Virus record (IMG/VR): IMGVR_UViG_3300028887_000078
DNA from: a virus
Lineage: Duplodnaviria > Caudoviricetes
DNA length: 64,000 nucleotides
Strand: one strand, 5' to 3'
Shown here: piece by piece, positions 1 through 8,574 of the stretch
Layout: every line of letters starts with the position of its first letter
Numbering within the stretch: the stretch's first letter is position 1
Made by a program: the position numbers and the translations under genes
The notes under the pieces: generated by a model
The model's input: the letters and a program-made list of their open reading frames with translations, nothing else
What the model was told of the DNA's origin: nothing
Databases searched by the model: none

Positions 1-30
1 CTTGACGGGCGGGACTGCCTTATAAACCGA

Positions 31-492
31 TTGTATGTCTATGAGGAGGGTGTTCAAAACCATCCGATGAGGTGGTACGGATGTACAGTTCTCTGCAAAA
101 AGGGAAGCAGGAAAGTGCGTGCGTTAGACAGTGAATACACACTTACCCGCAAGACTGCCTATATGAAAATCGTACTCCACGTCATACCGGAGTTCAGGGA
201 GAACAACCAATCGTATTATAACATTCTGACAAAAGTGATACTTGTGTCCGACACACTGCTTGAACGCTTTGATGAGTTTGCGTTGTCGGAACTGTGCGAT
301 ATGGTCGGGCATCCTATAAAGGTCGGTGACTGTGTTGTTTATTCAAGCGCGATGAACAGTTCGCTTGAAGTCGGTATTGTCAAGAAACTCGGCGATGTGA
401 TGTTCACTGTTGATGGCGGTGTGAGAGTCCATTCGCAGAAATCGTTTGTTGTGCAGTCCGATGATTTTGTAAAAAAGTACCTTGCTTCATAG
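31..492 (+). CDS. hypothetical phage protein (start uncertain, may extend upstream of the window)
   Basis: 153-aa ORF, co-directional with the next gene; no recognisable family. Confidence 0.5.
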   Translation: MYVYEEGVQNHPMRWYGCTVLCKKGSRKVRALDSEYTLTRKTAYMKIVLHVIPEFRENNQSYYNILTKVILVSDTLLERFDEFALSELCDMVGHPIKVGDCVVYSSAMNSSLEVGIVKKLGDVMFTVDGGVRVHSQKSFVVQSDDFVKKYLAS

Positions 493-497
493 GTTTT

Positions 498-514
498 CAT
501 TATATTCAATAAAA
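498..514 (+). promoter_or_regulatory. recurrent phage promoter-like motif CATTATATTCAA(T/G/C)AAAA
   Basis: Near-identical copies at 498, 21847, 24742, 25585, 27761, 31332, 34571 (+) and 2426-2436, 21152-21162 (-), each just upstream of a start codon. Confidence 0.75.
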
Positions 515-522
515 GGAATGTT

Positions 523-1071
523 ATGCAATACTACGATGTGACAAAGAAGGAGTTTGAGGAAAAGTACGCCGACCTGTGTGGTGACGAATGGAACGAGTTC
601 AATGACGAACACCACCGCTCGACTTGCACTGCCTGCGGGAAGGACTACAATTACGCAAAGGAGTCCCCGATAGTCAAGGATGAGGTATGGCGGAAGATTA
701 TAAAAACGCTCAAGTTGGAAGAGTTCGAGCGGGCGTCGGGCGAAAACCACAAACGCTATTGCGCAAGCAAGATGAAGATACTCTCGCAGCGTGTTGTGGA
801 GGATATGGACGCGGCGTTCAAAAACGGGATTGAATGGAAAAGGCGCAGATACAGATACCTATTAAACATTGTGGACTATGAGATGAATACACCAGACGAC
901 TGCCACTGTACGTTGTGCGAGGCGTGTATGGAAAGGGGACTCGGAAGAAAACTCCGTGTCAGTGACATTGAAACCTGTTGCACGCTCGGTATGGACTATG
1001 CAGTCGAGCATTTCGGAAAGGAGGTAGCGGAACGTGAAAGGGAAAAGGAAAAAGAGAAACATCGTGATTGA
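523..1071 (+). CDS. hypothetical protein with CxxC pairs (possible Zn-binding)
   Basis: CTACG and CEAC motifs; preceded by the promoter motif. Confidence 0.6.
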   Translation: MQYYDVTKKEFEEKYADLCGDEWNEFNDEHHRSTCTACGKDYNYAKESPIVKDEVWRKIIKTLKLEEFERASGENHKRYCASKMKILSQRVVEDMDAAFKNGIEWKRRRYRYLLNIVDYEMNTPDDCHCTLCEACMERGLGRKLRVSDIETCCTLGMDYAVEHFGKEVAEREREKEKEKHRD

Positions 1072-1213
1072 TGTCCTGAACGCTGTGAAGGCGAAACAGC
1101 GGGAAGATGAAATATCGGAACACGGAAAGTTGATTTCGCTTGCAAAAGTAGTCAGGTCGAAGAAGGTCTATACGAGGAAAAAGAAACACAAGAAGCAAAA
1201 TGAAAACGGGTGA
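1034..1213 (+). CDS. small basic protein, ArfA-like alternative ribosome-rescue factor candidate (59 aa, not in ORF track)
   Basis: GTG at 1034 to TGA 1211-1213 gives MKGKRKKRNIVIDVLNAVKAKQREDEISEHGKLISLAKVVRSKKVYTRKKKHKKQNENG; the tail SKKVYTRKKKH resembles the ArfA KGSYxRKxKH tail. Confidence 0.5.
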   Translation: MKGKRKKRNIVIDVLNAVKAKQREDEISEHGKLISLAKVVRSKKVYTRKKKHKKQNENG

Positions 1214-1238
1214 TATATCATTGATATATCGCCCGTTT
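1204..1238. terminator. long hairpin containing the TGATATATCA double palindrome and overlapping the stop codon of 1034..1213
   Basis: aaacgggtgatatatca-t-tgatatatcgcccgttt, between convergent transcription units. Confidence 0.6.
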
Positions 1239-1281
1239 CTGTCAAAAAAAAACGGAAATATCCACTTTAGTCTTGTAAAGA

Positions 1282-1310
1282 AAAATGCAGGTGAATTTCA
1301 CCTGCATTTT
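1282..1310. terminator. intrinsic terminator hairpin, GCAGGTGAA..TTCACCTGC family
   Basis: aaaatgcaggtgaa-t-ttcacctgcatttt downstream of gene 1331..1942; related hairpins at 41216 and 48080. Confidence 0.7.
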
Positions 1311-1330
1311 ATCAAAACGCTTTATTTTCA

Positions 1331-1942
1331 TCAAGCAATTTCCAAGTCGTTTTTGAGTTTTTGAATAAACGCGTCAAATTCTTTTCCGAACTCTTTGACA
1401 AGTTCAATGAACTCGTCCCCGCTCATTGTTGCACTCTCGTCCCAATAAATTGCCTTGTCAGTCAAATCCACCATAAGTTCGCCCTTTCCATTATAAGAAG
1501 CGTAATGACATTTGAAAAATTTACTCAAACCGTAGAGAATGTGTTTATCGCTCAAATCATAGTTGAACAAAAGTGTGGAATACAAAGTATGCCCTACCGC
1601 GTAAGAAGGAACTTCAACAGTCAGTGTAATGTATTTGTTTCCATCTTTGGTGTAAACACTAAACAGCACGCGTTTGTCATCGTATTTTTGAAAGTTAATA
1701 TACAAAATTGACTTATTGGACGCAATCTCTATGTCGTTTGTCGAAAATCTTGAAGATTCCGCTCTTGACATATTCGACATTGCTTCTGATATTTTCCAAA
1801 TATCGTCGCTGTGTGCAAGTATGCCATTGCAAATGTCGGCGAGTTTCCCTTCAAATTTATGTTCCTCATAACTTGATTGTGACATCATTGACGATTCATT
1901 TACATTTTTGTGCATTTCGTCAATTCTCTTAATGTGTGTCAT
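1331..1942 (-). CDS. hypothetical protein with capsid-targeting-like N-terminus (cassette passenger)
   Basis: N-terminus MTHIKRIDEMHKNVNES; late promoter TATAAATA at 1965-1972 (-). Confidence 0.7.
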   Translation of the reverse strand: MTHIKRIDEMHKNVNESSMMSQSSYEEHKFEGKLADICNGILAHSDDIWKISEAMSNMSRAESSRFSTNDIEIASNKSILYINFQKYDDKRVLFSVYTKDGNKYITLTVEVPSYAVGHTLYSTLLFNYDLSDKHILYGLSKFFKCHYASYNGKGELMVDLTDKAIYWDESATMSGDEFIELVKEFGKEFDAFIQKLKNDLEIA

Positions 1943-2044
1943 AGTTTCAGATTTATATTTTCAGTATTTATAAAGTCAGTTACAAGACTAAAAGGGATAA
2001 TTCCGAAAAAAAAATGAAAAAAAATATGATAGATTAAAACGCGT

Positions 2045-2401
2045 TCAGTTTTTTGCCACAGTCCACGTCTTTCCTTCTTTCACATACAGACCGTTTTCGA
2101 TTGCCTGTCGTGTGAGTTGACCTGCGTATTTGCCGATTTTCTTGAACAGGATTGCAAGTTGTTTTTCGGACAGTTGGTTTCCTTTCAGGACACGCTTGCA
2201 GAATGAGGTGAGGATTTCCGCGTCGGTTCCTGCAAAACCGACACCGTTCAAGGCGCATACGTCGCCGTTGATTTGCTCGTCGACCGTCTGATACTCATAG
2301 ATGCGGAGCATTGCCTTGACTGCCTGCGATTCTTTTGATGTGATTTGTTCGCGGATTGCGTTTTCGATTTGTTTCTTTGATGTAAATTCTCTCTTTTCCA
2401 T
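2045..2401 (-). CDS. conserved hypothetical phage protein
   Basis: 118 aa; YQTxDEQ..NGVGF..DAEILTSF..LSEKQ pattern; promoter motif at 2426-2436. Confidence 0.7.
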   Translation of the reverse strand: MEKREFTSKKQIENAIREQITSKESQAVKAMLRIYEYQTVDEQINGDVCALNGVGFAGTDAEILTSFCKRVLKGNQLSEKQLAILFKKIGKYAGQLTRQAIENGLYVKEGKTWTVAKN

Positions 2402-2455
2402 ATTGCTTTGTTTTTGTTCCCTTTATTGAATATAATAAAAAATCTCTAATTGCGG

Positions 2456-2902
2456 TCAATCGTCAATCGTGCTTTCGCACCAATCGTCGTCGTGCCATTC
2501 CTGTTCTTTTCGCAAAAGTGCGTCTGTCAGTGAATTGACGTGTCTTTTCCATCCCATTCGGTCAATATAGTAACCGTCGCCCAAGTATTTGAGGCAACCG
2601 CCGTCGAAATTGTAGTTCGGCGCCTGTTGGACTGCGCCTTCGGAGACGCATCCATTCACATAACCTTTGGTATATCCGCGTTCAAGTCGTTCCGGGTGTG
2701 CAATGTTGTATTTGCGGTAATATCCTTTTTTGTGTCTGTCGGATTTTCCGTTCCAAAACGTGTCTTTGCAATGCCCGCAGCAGAATGCCTGCTGCCATTG
2801 TATTTTTGTGAATTGTTTCCCGCAAATAGGGCAGGTGATGGTTTCGCCTACTTTTGCCGCTTTGTTTGCTTCGTATGCGAGTTGTCTTTTTGATTTCTTC
2901 AT
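2456..2902 (-). CDS. hypothetical Zn-finger-like early protein
   Basis: CPICGKQF..FCCGHC; Bacteroidota-type promoter upstream. Confidence 0.65.
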   Translation of the reverse strand: MKKSKRQLAYEANKAAKVGETITCPICGKQFTKIQWQQAFCCGHCKDTFWNGKSDRHKKGYYRKYNIAHPERLERGYTKGYVNGCVSEGAVQQAPNYNFDGGCLKYLGDGYYIDRMGWKRHVNSLTDALLRKEQEWHDDDWCESTIDD

Positions 2903-2924
2903 ATCTTTGTTTTTGATTTCGTTG

Positions 2925-2932
2925 CAAAAATA
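2925..2932 (-). promoter_or_regulatory. Bacteroidota sigma-A -7 element TAnnTTTG
   Basis: TATTTTTG followed by CAAC on the minus strand, about 20 nt upstream of the ATG at 2902. Confidence 0.65.
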
Positions 2933-2995
2933 TATAAAATCACAATATGCTCGGAAAAAATTTTTTGCTTTTTTTCAACAGAGTTATCAACAGCA

Positions 2996-3003
2996 TATAA
3001 ATA
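2996..3003 (+). promoter_or_regulatory. T4-type late promoter TATAAATA (representative copy)
   Basis: Other copies upstream of genes at 6181, 8996, 33133, 37110, 37156, 43134, 45540, 54202, 59842 (+) and 1965, 8974, 26611, 37074, 43090, 54154 (-). Confidence 0.8.
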
Positions 3004-3025
3004 ACCGAAATTGTATGTTGTGTAT

Positions 3026-3601
3026 ATGAAGATACTTTCGATAAATGAGTTTGCGTCTGCTGATAAAAACGGCAGAATTGTCCTGTATCACGGCACGAAG
3101 TCCGCGTTCGACCGTTTCGACAGGCAGTTTGTCAATAGCGGGTGGGGCGAGCAGGCGTACGGCTACGGCTTCTACTTCACGGACGACTACGAGTGCGCGA
3201 GCCAGTACAGCCGCAACGGGAGTGTCATCCGCGTTTCCGTCCCTTCGGGGAAGTACCTTTCGTACAAGGGCATATCCCGCGCGGAGGCGATGGCAATCGC
3301 CCGCAAGTTCTTCAAGTATTACACGGAGGTTGATGACTACGGCAGGGACGCATATCCAGATGCGGAGTCGAGGCACGAGTTCTGGGACGGGGAGTGCAAG
3401 TACCTTGCCGACAGCGAGGACGGTGGTGACATATACGGCACTATCGCTTCTATGGTAGGGAGTGATGAGGAGACGAGTTCGTTTCTCCGTTCGCTTGGCT
3501 ATGTCGGAATAAAATTCCCTGCGTACGACGGAAGCACTGGGCGGAAGTTCACCAACTATGTAATATTCGATGAAAAGGACATTGAGATAATAAATGATTA
3601 G
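3026..3601 (+). CDS. ADP-ribosyltransferase-fold protein (ART-PolyVal-like) with capsid-targeting-like leader
   Basis: LYHGT..FDRFD..GEQAYGYGFYFT..A..Y and TNYVIFD motifs; N-terminus MKILSINEF; start moved to ATG 3026. Confidence 0.7.
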   Translation: MKILSINEFASADKNGRIVLYHGTKSAFDRFDRQFVNSGWGEQAYGYGFYFTDDYECASQYSRNGSVIRVSVPSGKYLSYKGISRAEAMAIARKFFKYYTEVDDYGRDAYPDAESRHEFWDGECKYLADSEDGGDIYGTIASMVGSDEETSSFLRSLGYVGIKFPAYDGSTGRKFTNYVIFDEKDIEIIND

Positions 3602-3605
3602 TTGT

Positions 3606-3890
3606 ATGGTACATATAAGAATGATTGACGAGATGTTCACACAGCACGGAATATGGTTTGGTTTTATAGACATAATATAGGTGTGGGACGCACCGAATCA
3701 AAGCGTGTGGAGATGCGAGAAAAGATTATGAACGCTATAAAGCATTCAAAACAAACAGCAACGTTGAATCACGAAGCCGACACACTTTAGAGTGGCGGTA
3801 GTTCATATCGGTCTCACTTTCAGCAAGGACGGAAAATGTAAAGTGACCAACTACCTGATATTTGACGGCGGTGACATCACGGTTCTTTGA
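3606..3890 (+). pseudogene. remnant of a second ART paralog disrupted by an IS200/IS605 element and a deletion
   Basis: 5' part MVHIRMIDEM (3606-3635); 3' part 3807-3890 IGLTFSKDGKCKVTNYLIFDGGDITVL* matches the C-terminus of 3026..3601 (VGIKF..KFTNYVIFDEKDIEII). Confidence 0.7.
3630..3806 (+). mobile_element. IS200/IS605 right-end relic (tnpB 3' end / omegaRNA scaffold region)
   Basis: Encodes DVHTARNMVWF..GVGRTE, like a TnpB C-terminus; ends with gaagccgacacactttagagtggcggtagttcat, a typical IS605 right end. Confidence 0.7.
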
Positions 3891-3978
3891 TTTGCAGTCA
3901 CGATGAAAAAGCGGACAAAATTTGCCCCCTTTGTTATTTTTCCCGATTTTTTTGTTATATTGAAGAAAGAGGAAAGTA

Positions 3979-4689
3979 ATGGACATTTATTACAAGCAGT
4001 ATCTTGAATATCCTGTCAAAATACCTGGCGACGCATTCATAACCGACAAAGAGGGGTTGGAACCGATAAAGGCGGTTCCCGACTTCCCTGTTTCATATTG
4101 TTGGGAGGTTCAGATTATCCACAAGATTATCGCGAACGAAGAAGGTTTCTTTGATTTCAGCAAAGGAATGGTCGATATAGGTGCTGGGTTCGGTGAATAC
4201 AGTTGGTTGCTGCCGTTCAAATTCTCGCACGCATTTGAACCTTGCAGGCAGGCGTTGTATCTTATGCACACCAATCTCGTCACGCACGAGAGACTGTACC
4301 ATACAACAACCTATGAGTGCGGATTGAGCGACAAGTTTGAAACGGTTATGTTCGACGGGTTCAACGCAGACGCAGGAAATGCAATCGCGTATGATTCCTC
4401 GAAGGCGGTTTCTATGGAAGTGAAAACGCTCGACTCATTCGGGTTCGACAATATCGGTTTCATAAAGATTGACATTGAGGGTATGGAGGAAAAGGCGCTT
4501 CGCGGAGGTGTTGAGACCATAAAGAGGAACGGGTACCCGCCGATATTGTTCGAGTGCTGGCCAGTTGGATACAACACAATGACACAGGAAAAACACGATT
4601 CGTTATATGGGTTTCTAAACGGACTCGGATATTCCATAATTGATAATTGGGGTGACTATGAAACGCACCTCGCAGTTTATACTTGTTGA
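3979..4689 (+). CDS. FkbM-family SAM-dependent methyltransferase
   Basis: VDIGAGFGEYS, AFEP, TLDSF, IKIDIEGMEEKALRG, PPILFE motifs. Confidence 0.85.
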   Translation: MDIYYKQYLEYPVKIPGDAFITDKEGLEPIKAVPDFPVSYCWEVQIIHKIIANEEGFFDFSKGMVDIGAGFGEYSWLLPFKFSHAFEPCRQALYLMHTNLVTHERLYHTTTYECGLSDKFETVMFDGFNADAGNAIAYDSSKAVSMEVKTLDSFGFDNIGFIKIDIEGMEEKALRGGVETIKRNGYPPILFECWPVGYNTMTQEKHDSLYGFLNGLGYSIIDNWGDYETHLAVYTC

Positions 4690-4692
4690 TGT

Positions 4693-5289
4693 ATGGTTCA
4701 GAATAACACACGGGGGATACCAAAACCCTACAGGGATATGGTCTGCATAAAGGTCTGCAAGGCGGAGGAAACCGCTTCCAACGGGATAATCATACCTGTA
4801 ACAGATGAAAATGCTCCGAGAAAGGGCATTGTTGTTTCCGTGGGTACGGGCACGCAGTATCAACCTATGGTTGTATCTGTCGGACAGGTTGTATGGTACG
4901 GCAGGTATTCAGGAAGCGTCGGCGTGGAGATTGAAATCGGAGGTGAGGAATACATACTCATACACGAGAACAACATCTATGCCATAGACGACCCTGACAG
5001 CGAGATTCCGACGCCGATATACGATATGGTTGTCATAAAACCCACCGAGCGCGAGGATGAGGTTACGGAGTGCGGGATAATCATACCCGGCACCGCCCGT
5101 GATGAAGAACTCACCCGTTATGGCGAGATTATGGCGGTCGGTTCAGGACAACTGCACAGACCTATGAGTGTTGAGGTCGGTGAAACCGCGATATACACGA
5201 AGTTCAGGAGCGCGAACGGGGTGGATGTCGTAAAGGGGAAGAACAGATATATAATATGCCGCGAATGTGAAATCTACGCGGTGATGTGA
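4693..5289 (+). CDS. groES: co-chaperonin with two tandem GroES domains
   Basis: Two repeats of PxxDMVxIK..T..GIIIP..G.(I/V).(S/A)VG(T/S)G...PM.V.VG...Y..I....IYA. Confidence 0.85.
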   Translation: MVQNNTRGIPKPYRDMVCIKVCKAEETASNGIIIPVTDENAPRKGIVVSVGTGTQYQPMVVSVGQVVWYGRYSGSVGVEIEIGGEEYILIHENNIYAIDDPDSEIPTPIYDMVVIKPTEREDEVTECGIIIPGTARDEELTRYGEIMAVGSGQLHRPMSVEVGETAIYTKFRSANGVDVVKGKNRYIICRECEIYAVM

Positions 5290-5309
5290 AACAATAAAAA
5301 AATAACATT

Positions 5310-5570
5310 ATGTGGATAGTTGAAATCGGAGCAAAGACGATAACGGCGGTCGATGACAGCGGAAAGGACTACAAACGCACATACGACGTTCAGGAAGGTT
5401 GGATTGGGGATGTGGACAAACGCGACGACGCCTATATAATAGGCGTCAGGAAACCTTCTAAAAATGAAGGCGGTGCAGGACATCGCATAAACTTTATGTC
5501 GCTTCCCGTTTCGGGAACCTCTATTTTTTGGAAAGACATCGACAGGGTGTATAAGGTTCTGTCGCAATAA
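5310..5570 (+). CDS. hypothetical protein
   Basis: 86-aa ORF with A-rich leader, in the same unit as groES. Confidence 0.55.
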   Translation: MWIVEIGAKTITAVDDSGKDYKRTYDVQEGWIGDVDKRDDAYIIGVRKPSKNEGGAGHRINFMSLPVSGTSIFWKDIDRVYKVLSQ

Positions 5571-5635
5571 GATTATGAAACACAGACCTTTGATTTCAAT
5601 TATTACGCCCTGCCACAGGGTTCGGCAGGTGCTTC

Positions 5636-5992
5636 GTGAAGGATTCCGACAACTCCGACATCAACTACAACCGAAAGGTGAAGTTTCTTGGTTTGAGCAG
5701 TCTGAAGCAGGAGGTGGAAAGAATTGCGAGGAAATATGACATTGCTGTTTCCACAGTGCAGGCGAGTTACACAAGCAAGATGTGTCCGATTTGCGGTTGC
5801 ATCGAAGACGAGAACCGACCTAATCAAGAAACATTCGACTGCGTGGAGTGCGGTCATAAAGACAATGCCGATGTGAATGCGGCAATCAACATAAGAAACA
5901 GAGTTCTCGCAACCGTGTTGCGGGATTCGCTCTTAAAACAACTTGGCAACGGTGCTTTTGAACCAAAAAAAAACTTAAACGTGATGAGGTGA
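5636..5992 (+). pseudogene. tnpB: TnpB/Cas12f-like nuclease C-terminal fragment
   Basis: VQASYTSKMCPICG..FDCVECGHKDNADVNAAINI (Zn ribbon plus RuvC-III); N-terminal part absent. Confidence 0.8.
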
Positions 5993-6209
5993 AAAAGACG
6001 CTGTTGTCGTTCCGAAGAAGTCTGATGAACAAATCAGATGGTGAATGTAGTGAAAATATCAACTTGAATACATTTGACTATGTTTAGTTTTTCGGAGTGG
6101 ATTATTCTCGACAACTCGAAGGACGGTTGCGTCAAAAACGGAATCGCACTTTTTTGTGCCTCACACATTTGCTTCACACTTATAAATAATAGAAATATAA
6201 AATTTCCGA

Positions 6210-7982
6210 ATGGGTTTTCTGAACACGGCGAAGATAAAGGCGATTGACCTGCTGAAGCAGTCCTACACATATCTGAACAAGCAGTATGGTATGAACGGTT
6301 CGGTGTTCCAACCGAGCAGTCCGACGGGTCAGATTCTTTCTGTTGTCGCCAATATCTCCGAATTGATATTTCTCTATCTTGAGCACGCAGCATCCGAGTT
6401 GAACATTATGCGTGCACAGACGCCTGAAAGCATACACGGACTTTCGAGACTTACAGGTCACGACCCCTACAGGGGGTGCGCCGCGTCTGGGATTATGCGT
6501 ATCGGAATCAATACCTCCGCGATTGATGATTTCGAGGGTTCTTGGATAAGGATACTCAACAACACATCATTCACGATAGAGGAGACAGGTTTGCAGTATT
6601 TTATGCGTCTTGGTCAGGAATATGTGGTGCTTGCCGTAGGGAGCGACCCGATAAACATCGAGTTTGTTCAGGGGATTTTGAATGAGCAGACATTTGTTTC
6701 CGACGGGAAGAAACTCCAATCGTACAATGTGAACACAAGCGGTATGACAGACCACGACAGGGTGTCGGTTTATGTCGACGGCGAAAAATGGAGGAAGGTC
6801 GACAGTCTGTACGATATGGGTTACAATGAAAAGTGCTTTATGTGCAAGACGTCAATCAATATGGGGTTGAGCATATTCTTCGGAAACGGGGATTTCGGTA
6901 TGATTCCTGAAAGCGGGAAAAACATTGTGGTGTCGTATGTCAACCATCTCGGAACGCAGGGCAACGCGACAGGTTCCGCACTTAACGTGAGTTTCATCAC
7001 AGCGGGTTATGACGAGAATGAGGAAACCGTCGACCTCAACAAACTGTTGACGGTAAGCATAGAGCGTCCGCCGTCAATGGGGGCTATGTATGAACCTGTC
7101 GAACTGACGAGGCGGATTGCCCCGTTTCAGAGCAAGAGTTTTGTTCTCGCAAATCCCGAAAACTATGTTGCATTCCTTTCAAAATACGGACAGTTTGCAT
7201 TTGTGGACGCATACAACACAAAGGACGACGCCTATACGGACGATGACAACGTGGTGTATCTCCGCATACTGCCGAACATAAGGGACAAGGTTACGAAGCA
7301 AAGCGACAGCGTCGACTATTTCACGCTTCCTGAAAATGAGTTCACACTTGACGATGATGAAAAGGCGGGTGTGATACGCACGCTTGACGACAGCGGTTGG
7401 CAACTTATTTCGACCGAAGTCGTCATTGAGGATATGGTCATTAAAAGATATGCCCTTGTTATTGTACTAAAATACTTCGAGCGGGCGGACAAAAACAGGA
7501 TTTGGTCTGACATAAGGAACAAACTCAACACCTACTTCCTCAATATCAACAGAAGCGACATAGTTCCGAAGTCGGACATCGTCGCCCTTGTCGAGGGAAT
7601 AGAGGGTGTGGACAGCGTGAACGTATATTTTGTCAGCGAGGAAAACGAAACCGCTGTCAGGAACGGGTATTACGATGAAGTGTACGAGTGGATTAACCCT
7701 GACACACACCTCCACGAAAAACTCACCCGCCGTGTCGATTTGAACGAAGGTGAAGACCCAAGTCTCGGTCTTGACGGGTTCGGCGACATTGTGATAAAGA
7801 AAAATGAAATAGCGGTGATAAGGGGCGGTTGGACTGACAGGGACGGTCATACGTTCAACAGCAACATCGCGTCCGACACGCTCGGCGGTCTTACAGTCCT
7901 GTTCACGAGTGCAACCGACGACACAATCTACAACACCACACAGCAGTACAATCTCAACAAGATATTGAACGGGGAGATGTAG
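6210..7982 (+). CDS. baseplate wedge subunit (T4 gp6-like)
   Basis: 590 aa; FGNGDFGMIP, VSYV..GTQGN and later baseplate-J-like motifs; late promoter at 6181; next to the gp25-like gene. Confidence 0.75.
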   Translation: MGFLNTAKIKAIDLLKQSYTYLNKQYGMNGSVFQPSSPTGQILSVVANISELIFLYLEHAASELNIMRAQTPESIHGLSRLTGHDPYRGCAASGIMRIGINTSAIDDFEGSWIRILNNTSFTIEETGLQYFMRLGQEYVVLAVGSDPINIEFVQGILNEQTFVSDGKKLQSYNVNTSGMTDHDRVSVYVDGEKWRKVDSLYDMGYNEKCFMCKTSINMGLSIFFGNGDFGMIPESGKNIVVSYVNHLGTQGNATGSALNVSFITAGYDENEETVDLNKLLTVSIERPPSMGAMYEPVELTRRIAPFQSKSFVLANPENYVAFLSKYGQFAFVDAYNTKDDAYTDDDNVVYLRILPNIRDKVTKQSDSVDYFTLPENEFTLDDDEKAGVIRTLDDSGWQLISTEVVIEDMVIKRYALVIVLKYFERADKNRIWSDIRNKLNTYFLNINRSDIVPKSDIVALVEGIEGVDSVNVYFVSEENETAVRNGYYDEVYEWINPDTHLHEKLTRRVDLNEGEDPSLGLDGFGDIVIKKNEIAVIRGGWTDRDGHTFNSNIASDTLGGLTVLFTSATDDTIYNTTQQYNLNKILNGEM

Positions 7983-7983
7983 T

Positions 7984-8574
7984 TCACTTCTTTTTCATAT
8001 CTTCAATGAATTTCGCCTGCGCGTCCTTTATCGTGCCGTTTGTGAACCAATCGTCCTCTGAAATGAGCATATAGTGTATCTTGTTCCAATTCACGCATCG
8101 GCAGTCGGAAATGTATTGGAGTGAATATGCGTGCATACAGGAGGTTATGTTCATATTGAACGGCGACTTTTTGATAAACTCGGTTCCAAGTTCAATGATG
8201 AAAGGTTGTTCAAGCGAGTCCTCATCGTTTGGGAACTTTCCGATTCCGCCTTGTATGGTGTCGGCGAATATATCATAGATATATCGGAATATTTGCAGGC
8301 GTATGGGAAATGGAATCCAGTGCATATCTATGCCGAAGAATTTGTCCTTCTGTTTTTTGGATTGACCGAGCGACATTATGAAAGGTTTTGTGTCGTACAT
8401 TTTCTCACTGTCGGAATTGTAGTCGAACACATACAGTTTGGCAGGGTACAGGATACTTTTTTCAACAGGCATTGTCTTGAGGTTTTCCAAGAAGTCATAG
8501 TTTGCCCGTTTCACGCCTCCGCGACCGCGTTGGAGTTGTTCAACAGATGTGTCTATGTCATAGAATAGTTTCAT
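7984..8574 (-). CDS. DNA end protector-like protein (T4 gp2-like)
   Basis: PAKLYVFDY..YDTKPFI..FFGIDMHWIP..RLQ pattern; structural gene context. Confidence 0.55.
   Translation of the reverse strand: MKLFYDIDTSVEQLQRGRGGVKRANYDFLENLKTMPVEKSILYPAKLYVFDYNSDSEKMYDTKPFIMSLGQSKKQKDKFFGIDMHWIPFPIRLQIFRYIYDIFADTIQGGIGKFPNDEDSLEQPFIIELGTEFIKKSPFNMNITSCMHAYSLQYISDCRCVNWNKIHYMLISEDDWFTNGTIKDAQAKFIEDMKKK

Larger units (their letters stand above)
1253..2005. mobile_element. non-autonomous TIR cassette (IS1595-like mobile insertion cassette) with one passenger gene
   Basis: 26-bp inverted repeats 1253-1278 and 1980-2005 (23/26 match); A9 runs on both flanks (1244-1252, 2006-2014); right TIR identical to 38378-38403. 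Confidence 0.8.

Noticed and set aside
1253-2005. Invertible phase-variation switch
   Set aside because: The promoter and terminator are inside the repeats, so inversion would not change expression; flanking direct repeats and reuse of the same TIR around an unrelated gene favour transposition
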